Notes: generated by a model from the letters alone, not told the origin. Positions 20,681 to 31,265 are shown, counted from the stretch's first letter. The stretch: 64,000 nucleotides of DNA from Longimicrobiales bacterium (GCA_965219445.1 CBDCNQ010000005.1:192001-256000), one strand, 5' to 3'. Program-made: numbers and translations.

Positions 20681-21426
20681 TACAGATCTTGTAAATCACG
20701 GCAAGAGATCACGTAAGTCTAATCAGGACTGCACGATCTGCCGCTCTTGCCGTTGGAGCGCATCCGATCGCGCCGTCCCGAAACAGCCGGAATGCAGTGG
20801 CGAACGGCGGGAAATCCGGGGGGTGATTTCGACGTACTTGGAGGTCGGCGGGTAGCTCCTTCAAGCCTTCCGACATACCTCGTATCGCCGGTGCGCGTCG
20901 CCCAACCCGGAGGGGGGCTTGCCGACCCTCCCCTACGGACTCGGTCCTCCTTCCGTCCATCAGCAAACCTGCCGGGGCATTCCCTGCTATCATTACCCCA
21001 TGACCAACGGACCGACCCTGAACTGGATGGATCGAACGCCGGGGGTGGATCTTCGTTCACTCCACCCCGCCGACCACCTCATGGCGGCCTCCCGGCGAAC
21101 GCTCCTGCTCTGCCCTGATCTACTAGAAGCGGAGCCGCCACGACGTGGGCACCTCCGTTGCCACTCTGAGCGAGCGCCCGGCGGCGCATGAAGGTATCCA
21201 AGTTGATTCGTCGGTCGAGAGGCCTCGTTTGGCTCGCTCTCGCTCCGTTTCTTCACCGTGGCAACAGGTGGACGCGCAAGGCAGCGAGACGGCAGGAGCC
21301 GACGTTCTGGATCAGTCGCGATCAGGTTAGGCGCGTGCGGTTCAAGGTCCTCAGGGCCCTCTTCCAGCGCAGGCATTCCTTCAAGGAGGGCCTGAAGGCA
21401 ACCGCCGTTGCCAAGGGGATTGTTAG

Positions 21427-21450
21427 GGCGATTATAAGGAATACTAGACG
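21427..21450 (-). mobile_element. Putative IS1595-family (ISNwi1-type) terminal inverted repeat
   Basis: GGCGATTAT matches the ggnnatTAT end consensus and is followed by a lower-GC passenger-like gene cluster; no partner end or transposase found. Confidence 0.4.
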
Positions 21451-21468
21451 GACCCAACCCTGCGGGTG

Positions 21469-21917
21469 TTAGATTGGTCGCTTAATAACAACGGAGCCGG
21501 TCGGCCCATCGTAAACCATCTGGAACCTTTGAAGGAATGTTCGACCAATCAAGGCTCGATGCCGCTGGCCACCGGTAGCTAAATGAACACCCGCAAATGT
21601 TCCAAAGATCGTGAAGTCCAGTGTGGGCACATAGACCTGAGCAAGGTGCACGTTGACAGGATGCGCTCCGTGCGTACCGGAAACACTGCGCCAACCACGG
21701 GAAGTCCTAGCTCAGTAGCAAGAAGGCTGTCAATACAGCTCTCACTGGCACCAGTGTCTACGAGCGCATCGGCGTTGCTGATCCCAGACACCGGCCGACC
21801 TCGGCTTACTGCCCGGTAATCTGGATCGAAGCCTATGTCAACCTGAATGGTTGGACCAATTGCAACTAAGAGATCTGACGCGGCAGGGCCATCAAAGCCA
21901 CAACCGACACTAGTCAA
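21469..21917 (-). pseudogene. Retropepsin-like (clan AA) aspartic protease, frameshifted near 21690
   Basis: ALVDTGASESCID in one frame; ...VHLAQ...ALIGRTFLQRF in another frame. Confidence 0.8.
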
Positions 21918-22158
21918 ACCTAAACGCCACAGATGCCGGAAGTGTTACTGGTGGTGATCCGATCTGCCGAATAAGGTACGGCCCCCGACCGAATCGTTCC
22001 ACGGCAACATTCGCCGCATCTTCGAAATTATCATAAATTCCGATTAGTTTACGATGGTAAACGAGCACCCACCGACCAACTGCCTTGACCTCCAGATCGT
22101 CTTGGAGTTCGCGATACGCTGCGATCTCCTCCATAATGCTGTCAGGTTCTGGCTGCAT
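21910..22158 (-). CDS. Small DUF5678-like protein, overlapping the protease start
   Basis: IAAY...L...GRWVLVYHRKLIGIYDNFEDA...FGRGPYLIRQIG pattern. Confidence 0.6.
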   Translation of the reverse strand: MQPEPDSIMEEIAAYRELQDDLEVKAVGRWVLVYHRKLIGIYDNFEDAANVAVERFGRGPYLIRQIGSPPVTLPASVAFRFD

Positions 22159-22217
22159 TACGATACCTCCGATCATTCCGGTGATCACGCTGGGCCCCTC
22201 CCAGGCCTTCGCTCTAT

Positions 22218-22403
22218 TCAAACGGCATGACTGGCCGGATCCTTCCCCTTTTTCTTCGATGGAGGGCTCAAAAGGATCTTGACCGCTTTTCCTGGAGTCA
22301 GATCACGATATCTCGGATTCTCCGAACGCGAGGAATCCGACTCCGCCAGCCTCTTCAGCCGTTCCTTTTCAGACATCCGCTGACGGCCGCTTCGTTTAGT
22401 CAT
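22218..22403 (-). CDS. Small basic hypothetical protein
   Basis: ORF with ENPRYRDLTPGKAVKILL, co-oriented with the passenger cluster, preceded by a GAGGA RBS. Confidence 0.4.
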   Translation of the reverse strand: MTKRSGRQRMSEKERLKRLAESDSSRSENPRYRDLTPGKAVKILLSPPSKKKGKDPASHAV

Positions 22404-22477
22404 TCCGATTTATCCTCATAAGGGAATCTAAGATAGGGAAGCCACCGCAAACCCTGCAAGGCAGCAGCCCCCTCCCG

Positions 22478-23939
22478 TGTGATATTGAAACAGAAATGTC
22501 CCACTTCGTTGAAACAGAAATGTCACACTCCGGAGTTTGTGAGCTCGCGATAGAGCAAACGGCTTGGACGGGGTGTGGAGATGCTTTCGATGAGTGTGAA
22601 GGAAAGGGACAGGTTGGTCGTGGTACGACAGGTGATCGAAAGGGAGCTGACGGTGACCAGAGGGGCCGAAGTATTGGGTGTGAGCCGCAGACAGCTGCAC
22701 CGTGTGCTCGGTCGCTACGACGAGGAGGGAGACAGCGGGGTGGTGCATCGAGCTCGGGGCAGGAGGCCGAACAACGCGAAGAGCGAGAGCTTCAAGAGCA
22801 GGGTGCTGGAGGGAGCACGCGAGGAGGTGTTCTTCGACTTCGGCCCGACACTGCTGGCCGAGCACCTCGGCCGTGATCCCCAGATCGGTGAGCTCAACCC
22901 TCACACGCTCAGGCGCTGGATGATCGAGGCGGGGCTGTGGACCCACAAACAGAGACGCCTCAGGCACCGGCGGCGCCGTGAACGCCGGGCTGCCTTCGGT
23001 GAGATGGTGCAGATGGACACCTCCATACACGCCTGGCTCGAGAACCGAAGCACGGAGGAGATCGTGCTGGTCGCGATGATCGATGATGCCACGAGCCGCC
23101 TCACGGCCCGCTTCTTCCCCCGAGACACCGGGGCAGCCAACCGGCAGCTACTCGTCGAGTACCTGGAGCGCCACGGGCGCATGGGTGCCCTGTACACTGA
23201 TCGGGCCAGCCACTTCACCTCACACTTCCAGGCGTCCTCCAGAAGGGCCAAGGACCTCAAGGAAGCGCTCACCCTCATCCGTCGGGCGCTCGAGGCGCTG
23301 GACATTGCCCTCATCCGGGCCCTGTCGCCTCAGGCCAAGGGGCGGATCGAGCGCTGTTTCGGGACGCTGCAGGATCGGCTGCTGAGGGAGATGCGTGTGG
23401 CCCAGATCTGCTCGCTCGAGTCTGCCAACCGCTTTCTCGACGAACACTTCCTGCCGTTCTGGGAGCGCCGCTTCACGGTCGAACCCGCCGATCCCGTCGA
23501 TACGCACCGCCCTCTGCCCGAGGGCGTCGATCTTCAGCGTCTATTCGCCGAGGAAGAACGAAGAGTGATCGGAGCCGACTTCACCTTCCGCTACAACAAC
23601 TGCTTCTACCAGATCAACGAGCCCGAAGCCGATGCGGCAATGCCCAAGACCAAGATCACCATCGAACGCAGGCTCGACGGCTCCACACACTTTCGCTGGC
23701 GCGAGCGCTACGTGAAACCTATGGAGCTGGGCCGCACCAAACCCCGCCCAGCCCCCGAACCCAAGGCTGTGCGCAAGCCTGAACCTAGACCCACCCCACC
23801 GCTCCCCACGGCCAACCATCCGTGGAAGCGCTACCCCGTGCGCTGCGGTAAGAACGACCCGATGAGATCCCGCAGGCACTAAACAACGTTCACCCCGCAC
23901 CACCCCATGGAGGTGTGACATTTCTGTTTCAACGAGACA
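22478..23939 (+). mobile_element. IS1202-family (ISNCY) insertion sequence with 16-bp target duplication
   Basis: Ends TGTGATATTGAAACAGAAATGTC and GACATTTCTGTTTCAACGAGACA; second internal copy of the repeat at ~22508-22528; perfect direct repeat CAGCAGCCCCCTCCCG at 22462-22477 and 23940-23955. Confidence 0.92.
22575..23882 (+). CDS. ISNCY/IS1202-family DDE transposase
   Basis: HTH N-terminus, VQMDTSIHAW, IDDATS, LYTDR, SPQAKGRIER, TLQDRL, HPWK. Confidence 0.93.
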   Translation: MEMLSMSVKERDRLVVVRQVIERELTVTRGAEVLGVSRRQLHRVLGRYDEEGDSGVVHRARGRRPNNAKSESFKSRVLEGAREEVFFDFGPTLLAEHLGRDPQIGELNPHTLRRWMIEAGLWTHKQRRLRHRRRRERRAAFGEMVQMDTSIHAWLENRSTEEIVLVAMIDDATSRLTARFFPRDTGAANRQLLVEYLERHGRMGALYTDRASHFTSHFQASSRRAKDLKEALTLIRRALEALDIALIRALSPQAKGRIERCFGTLQDRLLREMRVAQICSLESANRFLDEHFLPFWERRFTVEPADPVDTHRPLPEGVDLQRLFAEEERRVIGADFTFRYNNCFYQINEPEADAAMPKTKITIERRLDGSTHFRWRERYVKPMELGRTKPRPAPEPKAVRKPEPRPTPPLPTANHPWKRYPVRCGKNDPMRSRRH

Positions 23940-24037
23940 CAGCAGCCCCCTCCCGCTTGCTTGAAGCTCCCTGACTACGTACCCTATTCTCCTCGTCAAA
24001 CCACCGCATCTGGAACGTCGGCTTAAAGAACAACACC

Positions 24038-24927
24038 ATGAAAAGAGTCGGAACATCTTTCGGCTGGAGGGTTGGATACGGCGGCATTCTCCTAATCCTC
24101 CTAGCGCACCCGCATGCTCACTAGCACAGCAGCCAACGCCGGAGGAGCAGCAAACCATCATTCAACTCCAAGGCGAGCTAGCGCAGGTTGAGTCAGAGAT
24201 AGAGTCAGCCGAAGAAGATAACCGCGCTTACAGCGGTGGCTTGATTAAGACGTTGATTGCGCTCCGCCTCGAAATCCTGAAGACCAATCATGCCCTCATC
24301 CAGCAGCGGGTTCACGCTCTGGAGAGCGGTGCTGAGATTGACATAGTCGTGATCGGGTTCCGACCCGATCACGAGCTGGCTGCCACTCTCCTTGCTGAGA
24401 TTGAGAACCAGCGGACCAAGGTTGCCGAGGCTGAGAAGGAAGCCGCTCGCTACGCAGGAGGTCTAGTTCGGGCAATGGCTTTGAGTGCGGTTGCCACCCA
24501 GCGAAACACGTTGGCCATGCTTGAACAAAGGTACTTCAGTGCAGAGTATGGTTTAGCAACACCGCCAATGCCGGCCGCCTCACCGGAGGCGGGCAACGTC
24601 AGCGGGGCCACCCCCGCGGCGCCTGTGAGTAATCCAGCCGCTGACTGTCTAGATATCGAAGACTTTGATTCAAGTGTTCTGGACAGTAACAGCGTTTTTG
24701 TTGAACTTGCATGGAGAGTGAACGTGGCAAACTCATGTGAACAGCCGTTCCAGGCGTCGGTGACTTTCAACATCTACGACAGCGATGACTTCGAGCTCGA
24801 TTCTGACGACGAGACTGTTTTTATTCCGGCAAATGGAACAGTCGTCGCTCGCGGCACAATGCTCCTTAGCCCTCCCTCAAAGGCTCAACGCATGTCTAAG
24901 CAGGGAGTGAGTCTGTCTTTGCGGTAG
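24038..24927 (+). pseudogene. Exported coiled-coil + Ig-like protein; signal peptide in a different frame (1-bp shift ~24105)
   Basis: ATG 24038 gives MKR...ILLILLA; another frame continues PACSLAQQ...into the 24241-24927 ORF; duplicated YSGGL/YAGGL repeats; C-terminal beta domain (FNIYDSDDFELD). Confidence 0.55.
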
Positions 24928-25409
24928 AAACTGACGGGCTGTTCCAGAACGAGAAGTCATGCCATTTGAATGATTGATTGATTCGAGCATCAAGGGAACC
25001 AAGGGAGGATCCTGCGGGTATCGAGGGAGATGAGAAAAGAGGGGAAAGCCCTTGGCGCCGTGTTGGTGACTCCACTTCGGGCGTGATGCCCGCACTGACA
25101 GATGGGATGTAAGGTGGACATCCCGGAAGGCGGCCGACGAACACTCCTCCCCCCGCCCGGCGACTCCGCCGGAGAGCGGGCCTCCGGGGATCCGGGGCGT
25201 GGCTCGGTTACCGAACTGTCCCGGATCGAACGCACTTCAACCGACCGCGATCGAGGCTCTACTCAGGCCCTCTGGGAGCAGCTCGAGCGGGCGCTGGCGG
25301 AGCCCGGTCCGGCTGTGGGACGTGGTTGGATCTCTTGGAATCTCCCCTCTCTTCCCGTACTTGACACTGCACGAAACGGGCTCTTCAATGTAGCTGGTAT
25401 GGACACCCT

Positions 25410-26185
25410 GACGGCCCTGAACTGGCTGCCCCCGAGCACGATCTGCGCAGGCCGCCGCCTGCGCACCTGGTTTACCTCCGATGTCCCGGTCCTGAGGCCC
25501 AGAACAGGCCATGAGACAAAAAAAGCCCGGCATGCGTCACCGAGCCCTTACTGCCGCCCTGCCGCAGGGCCGGATCAACGCCGCCGTGGGCCAAGTGCTC
25601 GCCGATCAGGCCGTCGAGCAGGCGAACCGGATGCAGCAGGCCGAGCTGGCCCGGCTCGAGCGGCTCGGCATCGAACGCCGGATCCTGCCCCTCAGGGCCT
25701 ACCGGCGCGCCGCCGGTAACACCCGGCGCTATTTCCCGCTCAAACTGCCCGTCGCGCTGGACTCGGGCCGCGCCGTGGTCGTCTACGTCGATCCCGGCCA
25801 CGACACCTCGACCGCGCTCCGCTCCTGGGGAGCGGCGCACCGCGGGCTCTGGCACGCGCTCGAAAACCAAGGCCGGTCCGTCGAGGTCGTCGCGGTCGCG
25901 CGCGCTTCGCGGGAGCTCGAGTGAGCCCGACGCGTGATGCGCGGTTGGGCCGAAGCCTCCGGCCCCGGCGAGCCCGACGACGGGATCCGCGAGGAACTGG
26001 CCCGGATCGAGCGGGCGATCCTTCAGGGCGCGGTCCAGATCCTGGAGGAGTTCGGAGGCCTGCAGGCCGCCATGAAGCGTAGCGTCGTGCTCGAGAAGCA
26101 GGTGCGCCGCCAGCCCGGACCCGGGTCCATCCGGCGCGCCAGCACCTGGCGGACGGTGCGTCTCGCGGGGGTGCGCTACCGATGA
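25410..26185 (+). pseudogene. Internally deleted remnant of the same ICE type: trbI 3' end, trbJ pieces, wHTH-protein C-terminal half
   Basis: LNWLPPSTICAGRRLRTWFTSDV resembles the TrbI end; QGRINAAVGQVLADQAVEQANRMQQAE resembles TrbJ; GIERRILP...RRYFPLKLPVALD resembles the 47162-48097 protein; in-frame TGA at 25922. Confidence 0.85.
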
Positions 26186-26460
26186 CCGGCGCGCGACTTA
26201 CGGCCGCACTGGAGTGCGCAAACGACGCGGGGGGCCGATGCGCACTTTGGCCCTCCGGCGATGCGCACGCGTGCTACGGAGTAAGCCACGACACGGCCAC
26301 GTCTTGCGCCTACACGCCCAGATAGAATCCCATGACGCTTCATATCGTCCATTAGAGCCCATAACATACTGTATTACAACACTTTGTGATCTTCACGCAG
26401 TCCCTCGTATTCCTCACAACGTCCCTTGATATCCACTACCATCTCCTATATTATGAGGTA

Positions 26461-27675
26461 ATGTATGACGTAACGAACCCCTGCGATCCGCCCCGGAAGA
26501 CCAAACCCAAGGGCCGCCACCCCGACAAGGCCCTGTCGGCCGCCTTCGTGCGTACGGCCCCGTCGGGCAGGCATTGCGACGGTAACGGGCTCTACCTCTT
26601 CGTTCAGCCGAGCGGAGCCCGGAGCTGGGTTCAACGCCTAGTCATCCGCGGGCGGCGTCGCGACTTCGGACTCGGCAGCGTCGCGCTGGTCTCGCTCGCC
26701 GAGGCACGTGAGAAGGCGCGAGCGAACCGCAAGCTGGCGCGCGAGGGCGGTGACCCGCTCGCGGAGAAACGCCGCGCCCGGGGCATGCCGAGCTTTGCGG
26801 AAGCGGCCGCGAAGGTGGTGGAGCAGAAGCGGACCGGTTGGCGCAGTCCGAAGCAGGTCCACGACTGGATGTCGAGCCTGGAGCGCTACGCCTTCCCGCG
26901 CATTGGCGAGATGGCGGTCTCGGATGTGACGGGCGCCGATGTGCTGGAGATCCTCACTCCGATCTGGTACGTGAAGGCGGCCTTAGCGCGCAACGTCCGG
27001 TGGAGGATCCGGGCGGTGCTGGAGTGGGCAGTAGCGATGGAGCTCAGGACCGACAACCCCTGCGACCGGCTCGGCTCGGTGCTGGGGCCACAGCATGACG
27101 TGGTGCGGCACCTGCGGGCGTTGCCGCATCGCGAGGTGGGATCGGCAGTCGAGGCGGCGCGAACATCGGACGCGGAGCCAGCCGTCCGTCTGGCGTTCGA
27201 GTTCCTGGTGCTGACGGCGGCGAGGTGGAGCGAGGTGCGGTGGGCAGAGTGGGCCGAGATTGATCGGAAGGATGCGGTGTGGACGGTTCCCCCGGCGCGC
27301 ATGAAGGGGAGGCGGGAGCACCGGGTTCCGCTATGTGGCCGCGCGACGGAGATCCTCGAGGAGGCTCGGAAGCTCGGAGACGGCAGCCCCCTCGTGTTCA
27401 CTCTCGGGGGCGGGCACCCGATTTTCGACAAGCGGCTGCGCCGGCTACTCCGGAAGCTCGAGATCGCGGCCGTGCCCCACGGTTTCCGGTCTTCGTTCCG
27501 CGACTGGGTGGCCGAGGAGACGGACCATCCGCGCGAAGTCGTCGAAGCCGCGCTGGCGCATGTGGTCCGGAACAAAGTCGAGGCAGCCTATCGGCGCACG
27601 GACCTGTTCGAGCGCCGCCGTGTCTTGATGGAGGACTGGGCCGCGTACCTGGCCGGCGGGACCTCGAGAAGCTGA
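26461..27675 (+). CDS. P4-like tyrosine integrase (Arm-DNA-binding DUF4102 N-terminus)
   Basis: DGNGLYL...WVQRL...GLGS, LTAARWSE, HRVPL, HGFRSSFRDW, LAH, AY, DWAAYL. Confidence 0.93.
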   Translation: MYDVTNPCDPPRKTKPKGRHPDKALSAAFVRTAPSGRHCDGNGLYLFVQPSGARSWVQRLVIRGRRRDFGLGSVALVSLAEAREKARANRKLAREGGDPLAEKRRARGMPSFAEAAAKVVEQKRTGWRSPKQVHDWMSSLERYAFPRIGEMAVSDVTGADVLEILTPIWYVKAALARNVRWRIRAVLEWAVAMELRTDNPCDRLGSVLGPQHDVVRHLRALPHREVGSAVEAARTSDAEPAVRLAFEFLVLTAARWSEVRWAEWAEIDRKDAVWTVPPARMKGRREHRVPLCGRATEILEEARKLGDGSPLVFTLGGGHPIFDKRLRRLLRKLEIAAVPHGFRSSFRDWVAEETDHPREVVEAALAHVVRNKVEAAYRRTDLFERRRVLMEDWAAYLAGGTSRS

Positions 27676-28359
27676 ACCGGACTAGGCGAGGTACGCTAGG
27701 AGCCACCTTGCCTTGCCACTACGCGTGCCGGCTATGCCTCTCCGATGCTCAGGCCGGGCCGACTACCACTGCAATTCGGGCAGCGTCTTCGCCAGATGGC
27801 CGAACCGCTTGCGCCGTATCGGTGCTGGGACCGGCTGCCTCCGAGAACGTAGACGCCTTGATTGTGGTCGCTCCCTAACCTGTCTGTCCTGCAGACTACG
27901 TGGTTCACGTTGCCCACCGCCGCGACACCCATCGGCAGAGGCTGAGCTCCGGCTGGCGAAGCGCAGTCGAGCTCGGTGCTTCCGCATGCAGCTTGCCAAC
28001 GAAAGACACGTACATCATGGTCCGAGGAGAGTCGGGCACTGGATGAACCCGACGGGGGAAAGGAGGGTCGACTGGAGGAGGTGTATGAGTATGCCAGTAC
28101 GAGCGCACCTGCGATTACTCTGGTTCCTTCCTTGGCCCCTCGATGAGATACCCTTGCGAAAACGGGAAAACCGTACGAGCAGCTTGACCGGATTTGAGCA
28201 GCGGACAGAGGTTCTTCCTGCGGGGCGCTCCTCCGACCCGACAGTGCTTTGCCATCCGCGCTGACGCTTGCAATGGATACCGTTCCATTCGTTTCCTAAT
28301 TCCGCGCAGTCTATAAAGAAGGCACTTATTGGCCAACTGATCGAAAAGGGGATTGGTTT

Positions 28360-29376
28360 GTGGAGGAGAAGATCACTTATCGCCTGTGGTTGAAACTGCG
28401 GGTGGGCAAAGCACTGGCAACAGAGGAAACTGCCTTGACGGCGTCGGTAGCAGGCAGGACGGTCACGATCGAGTCCACCAGCCAGTCGGAACCGATTTCA
28501 AAGGCGTCCTGGTTGGTGATGGGATGTCGCGGATTCGAGACGGCAGATGACGCAAGGAAGTTTGGAGAGAAACTGCGACGAGCGGCGCATCTGGCTGGAT
28601 TGTGCGCCCGGGTAGGAGTGGACGCAGGGGACCCTGGCGAAGATCGTACTGTGTCGTGGGTCAATCCGGAGATACTACGCAGAAGCGGTGGTCTAAATCC
28701 GGATACACGAATCGGACCCGACTTGCATGGCATCCTAATCCTGCCAGATGACGGGAAGACCGTCTTTATTCGCTTGGGAGAGGCGAGGTTAACGGTGTCC
28801 TCCAACGCCGGCGATTTCGTTCGGACTCTTGAGGAGGCATTGCCGGAGATTGATGTGTTCGGAGGTGATTCTCCGTCGATTCGCCGGGCTATCAGAGTGC
28901 TGAATCTCGCAGAGATAAACACTGACCCAATCGCCAAGGTGGTTCTGGCGATCTCCACCGTTGAAGGCTTGGCGACCGATCCGCCATGGACAGACGAGCA
29001 GCAAAAATTCATCGAGAATTCCGCCGCTTGGCTGGAGCGGACCCATGCCGATGGGGAAGAGACCAGGCAGGTCGCCGAAGCAATTCGACGGATACGGAAG
29101 AACAGCATCCGTCAACGGCTAAGGAAGATGCTGGTTTCGAATGACTTGTCTGTCGTATGGCCAGATTGGGATAATCTGTACAAGAAGAGAAGCCGCTTGT
29201 TCCACGGTGGTAAGAGAGACGGAAGTGAGCACCGGGGCGACTATTTAGTGGAATCCGAAGTTCACGCTCTGGGGCAAGAGGCGATGAAGATGTGCACAAA
29301 AATTGTCCTCTCGATGGCTAAGCGAAGAGGAATTGCGGTTCCCGGCTGTGCCAAGGTGCATTTCGGTGTCGAATAG
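28360..29376 (+). CDS. HEPN-domain protein (ApeA/MAE_28990-like architecture), putative defence RNase
   Basis: ISTVEGL upstream acidic motif and LYKKRSRLFHGG (RxxxxH); lower GC than the flanks. Confidence 0.6.
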   Translation: MEEKITYRLWLKLRVGKALATEETALTASVAGRTVTIESTSQSEPISKASWLVMGCRGFETADDARKFGEKLRRAAHLAGLCARVGVDAGDPGEDRTVSWVNPEILRRSGGLNPDTRIGPDLHGILILPDDGKTVFIRLGEARLTVSSNAGDFVRTLEEALPEIDVFGGDSPSIRRAIRVLNLAEINTDPIAKVVLAISTVEGLATDPPWTDEQQKFIENSAAWLERTHADGEETRQVAEAIRRIRKNSIRQRLRKMLVSNDLSVVWPDWDNLYKKRSRLFHGGKRDGSEHRGDYLVESEVHALGQEAMKMCTKIVLSMAKRRGIAVPGCAKVHFGVE

Positions 29377-29793
29377 CAAGGAAACAGTACCGTTCTAACT
29401 GGGACTCCCCCGTCTGCGCGGGTGAAACCAATTCCGGGTCAAGTCCGTAGGATGTCGCCCTTCGGGTCACCGAAGGGTGGAAGGGTAGCACGACCCAACG
29501 AGGCGAAACGCGGGAGGAGACGCGTAGTTCAGGTTGACCCATCCCACGGCGGAACTGATGCCCGTGTCCCCCGGCAGGGGCGCTGGCGGGGATCAGTCGC
29601 CGCTTTGGCTTCCCGGGCACATGGACGGCCCGGCATCGTTGGCCTCCATCCCGCCGCCAGCCGCGCTCCGCGAGGCTGGTTGAACGGGTTCCCCGGAGCG
29701 CTCGCGGGGGTGCTCCGCCACCGCATTGGCGGCAGCCGACGACAGGTCTCGGACACGTCGGCGACGGGGTCGTTGGACGCCGCTAAGGTCAGG

Positions 29794-29847
29794 GAGCCAG
29801 CCTACCCTTTGGGGCCACGCTTCGCGGGTCCCCGGCAGGGGCTGGCG
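29794..29847 (+). other. Putative oriT of ColE1/MOBP5 style, upstream of a mobC remnant (copy 1)
   Basis: 54 bp identical to the reverse complement of 57083-57136; AGGCTGG|CTC on the minus strand resembles the ColE1 nic CTGG|CT. Confidence 0.55.
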
Positions 29848-29900
29848 GGGGGCTGTGCCCCCTCTGACCCCCCCAACGGCAACGGCACATCCTGGGCGCT

Positions 29901-30010
29901 GGACGCGACGTGTGGGTGCAGATCCGCGCCAGCGAGGTGGAGCGCGCCGCGTGGCACGCCAAGGCACGCTCCGCAGGGTTGACGCTGTCGGATCTGGTGC
30001 GCCGGTCGGG
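29901..30010 (+). pseudogene. mobC: MobC ribbon-helix-helix N-terminal remnant
   Basis: Frame reads RDVWVQIRASEVERAAWHAKARSAGLTLSDLVRRS, then is cut. Confidence 0.65.
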
Positions 30011-30018
30011 TGGCCGGG

Positions 30019-30124
30019 GTAGCTGTGTTCTAGCGGGAACCTGAACGGAGTACCGGGCGACTCCGAGGTCCCGCAGAAGGGAGGATTCCAGATGCCCAGG
30101 GGGACGGGCAGGATTGGCAGCTAC
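30019..30124 (+). mobile_element. Possible ~106-bp internally deleted IS (MITE-like)
   Basis: Ends GTAGCTG...CAGCTAC; internal GGAGG RBS + ATGCCCAGG start reminiscent of an IS3 orfA; truncates mobC. Confidence 0.35.
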
Positions 30125-30336
30125 TTACGGCGATCTTGCGTCTCAACGTCGTATCTTCCGAACGAGGCGGTCCCACGATGATGATTCTCTGATACAGCCT
30201 TCAAGCGGCGATTGGCTACCAGCATCCTGGGGCAACGTCAAGCCGTTGACACCGTTTAGCCTTTGTGCTAGCCCGTGTCACATTCGTCTGGACGGGGTGA
30301 GCGTGATCCCCCTGGGGGCGTTTGGGCCGTAGACCC

Positions 30337-30858
30337 TCAGTTCCCCGCCGACGAGGGCGGCACGATCCCGTTGATGCGCATGTAGGTGACCAGGTTCCCG
30401 TAGTGCTCGTAGTTGTGCATCGAATTGAACGCGAGCACGCCACCGACAGCCATATCGCCGCCGAAGAAGCTGACTGTCATCGCCGCCTGCTCATCGGTCA
30501 TGGAGGCGTACACGGCGTCGCAGTAGGCGAACGCGTCGGCGAGAGCGGCGGTGATTTGGGCCTTGGTGGTGGCGGTCTCTTCCAGGTTCTCCGACATCGG
30601 GTTGTCCTGGCCGGAAGCGGCCGAACAGAAGGCGTACTGGGAGTTGGCCACGTGAGCCAGAATCTGCCCGAGGGTGCGCACTTCGTCCGTGGGCCGGAAG
30701 TCGTAGAGGTCGGCCGGCACCTTATCCGCCGTCGCCTTCAGGTTGGTCACGGTGATGTCGTGGAGGCCGTTGAGGGAGCCCGTCAACTGCGCATGGGCTG
30801 GAGCGGACGCGGCGAGGACGAGCAACAGGACGGCTGCGGCTGTGGAAACGAGTTTCAT
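30337..30858 (-). CDS. Secreted DinB/YfiT-family metalloprotein
   Basis: Signal peptide; FRPT.EVRT.GQILAHVA; HNYEHYGNLVTYMRINGIVPPS. Confidence 0.85.
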   Translation of the reverse strand: MKLVSTAAAVLLLVLAASAPAHAQLTGSLNGLHDITVTNLKATADKVPADLYDFRPTDEVRTLGQILAHVANSQYAFCSAASGQDNPMSENLEETATTKAQITAALADAFAYCDAVYASMTDEQAAMTVSFFGGDMAVGGVLAFNSMHNYEHYGNLVTYMRINGIVPPSSAGN

Positions 30859-30974
30859 GCGGGTTCTCCTGAGTTGATTCGTGGTGAGTTGTGGATGGAT
30901 GAATCCTGCATCGTTGTAGAAACGGGTCGGGCCCGGATCCGGGTCTCACCGAATCCGTTGCCCCGACTGCTGCG

Positions 30975-31265
30975 GGCAGCACGTAGGCCGCCATGGTCGA
31001 GCGCCAGTCGCGTAGCGACTTCGAGTCGGCGTCGGCTCGCCAGGTCTCCGCCTTCTCCGCCAGCGCCCGCGGCTCGGCTTGAGCGAACGAGATCGTGCGC
31101 GCGCGGCGCGCGTCCGCCAGACTCACCAGCTCCGCGTTGCCGAGGCCGATGTCGACGCGCCGGCCGTGTACCATGAGTCGCTGGACCCACGAGCGGGAGC
31201 CGCTGTCGCGCACGCGCACCTGTTGAGCGGAAAGGGTGATTGCAGGGGTGATAGACGAAGATCAT
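30975..31265 (-). pseudogene. P4-like integrase N-terminal remnant with internal deletions
   Basis: VRDSGSRSWVQRLMVHGRRVDIGLG...VSLADAR, SFAQA, W...AYVLP. Confidence 0.75.

Noticed and set aside
20855..21420. Possible genes or attC sites in 20.9-21.4 kb (QAFRHT integrase-like peptide, GTTAGG motifs)
   Set aside because: Fragments too short, and no pairing attC arms could be established
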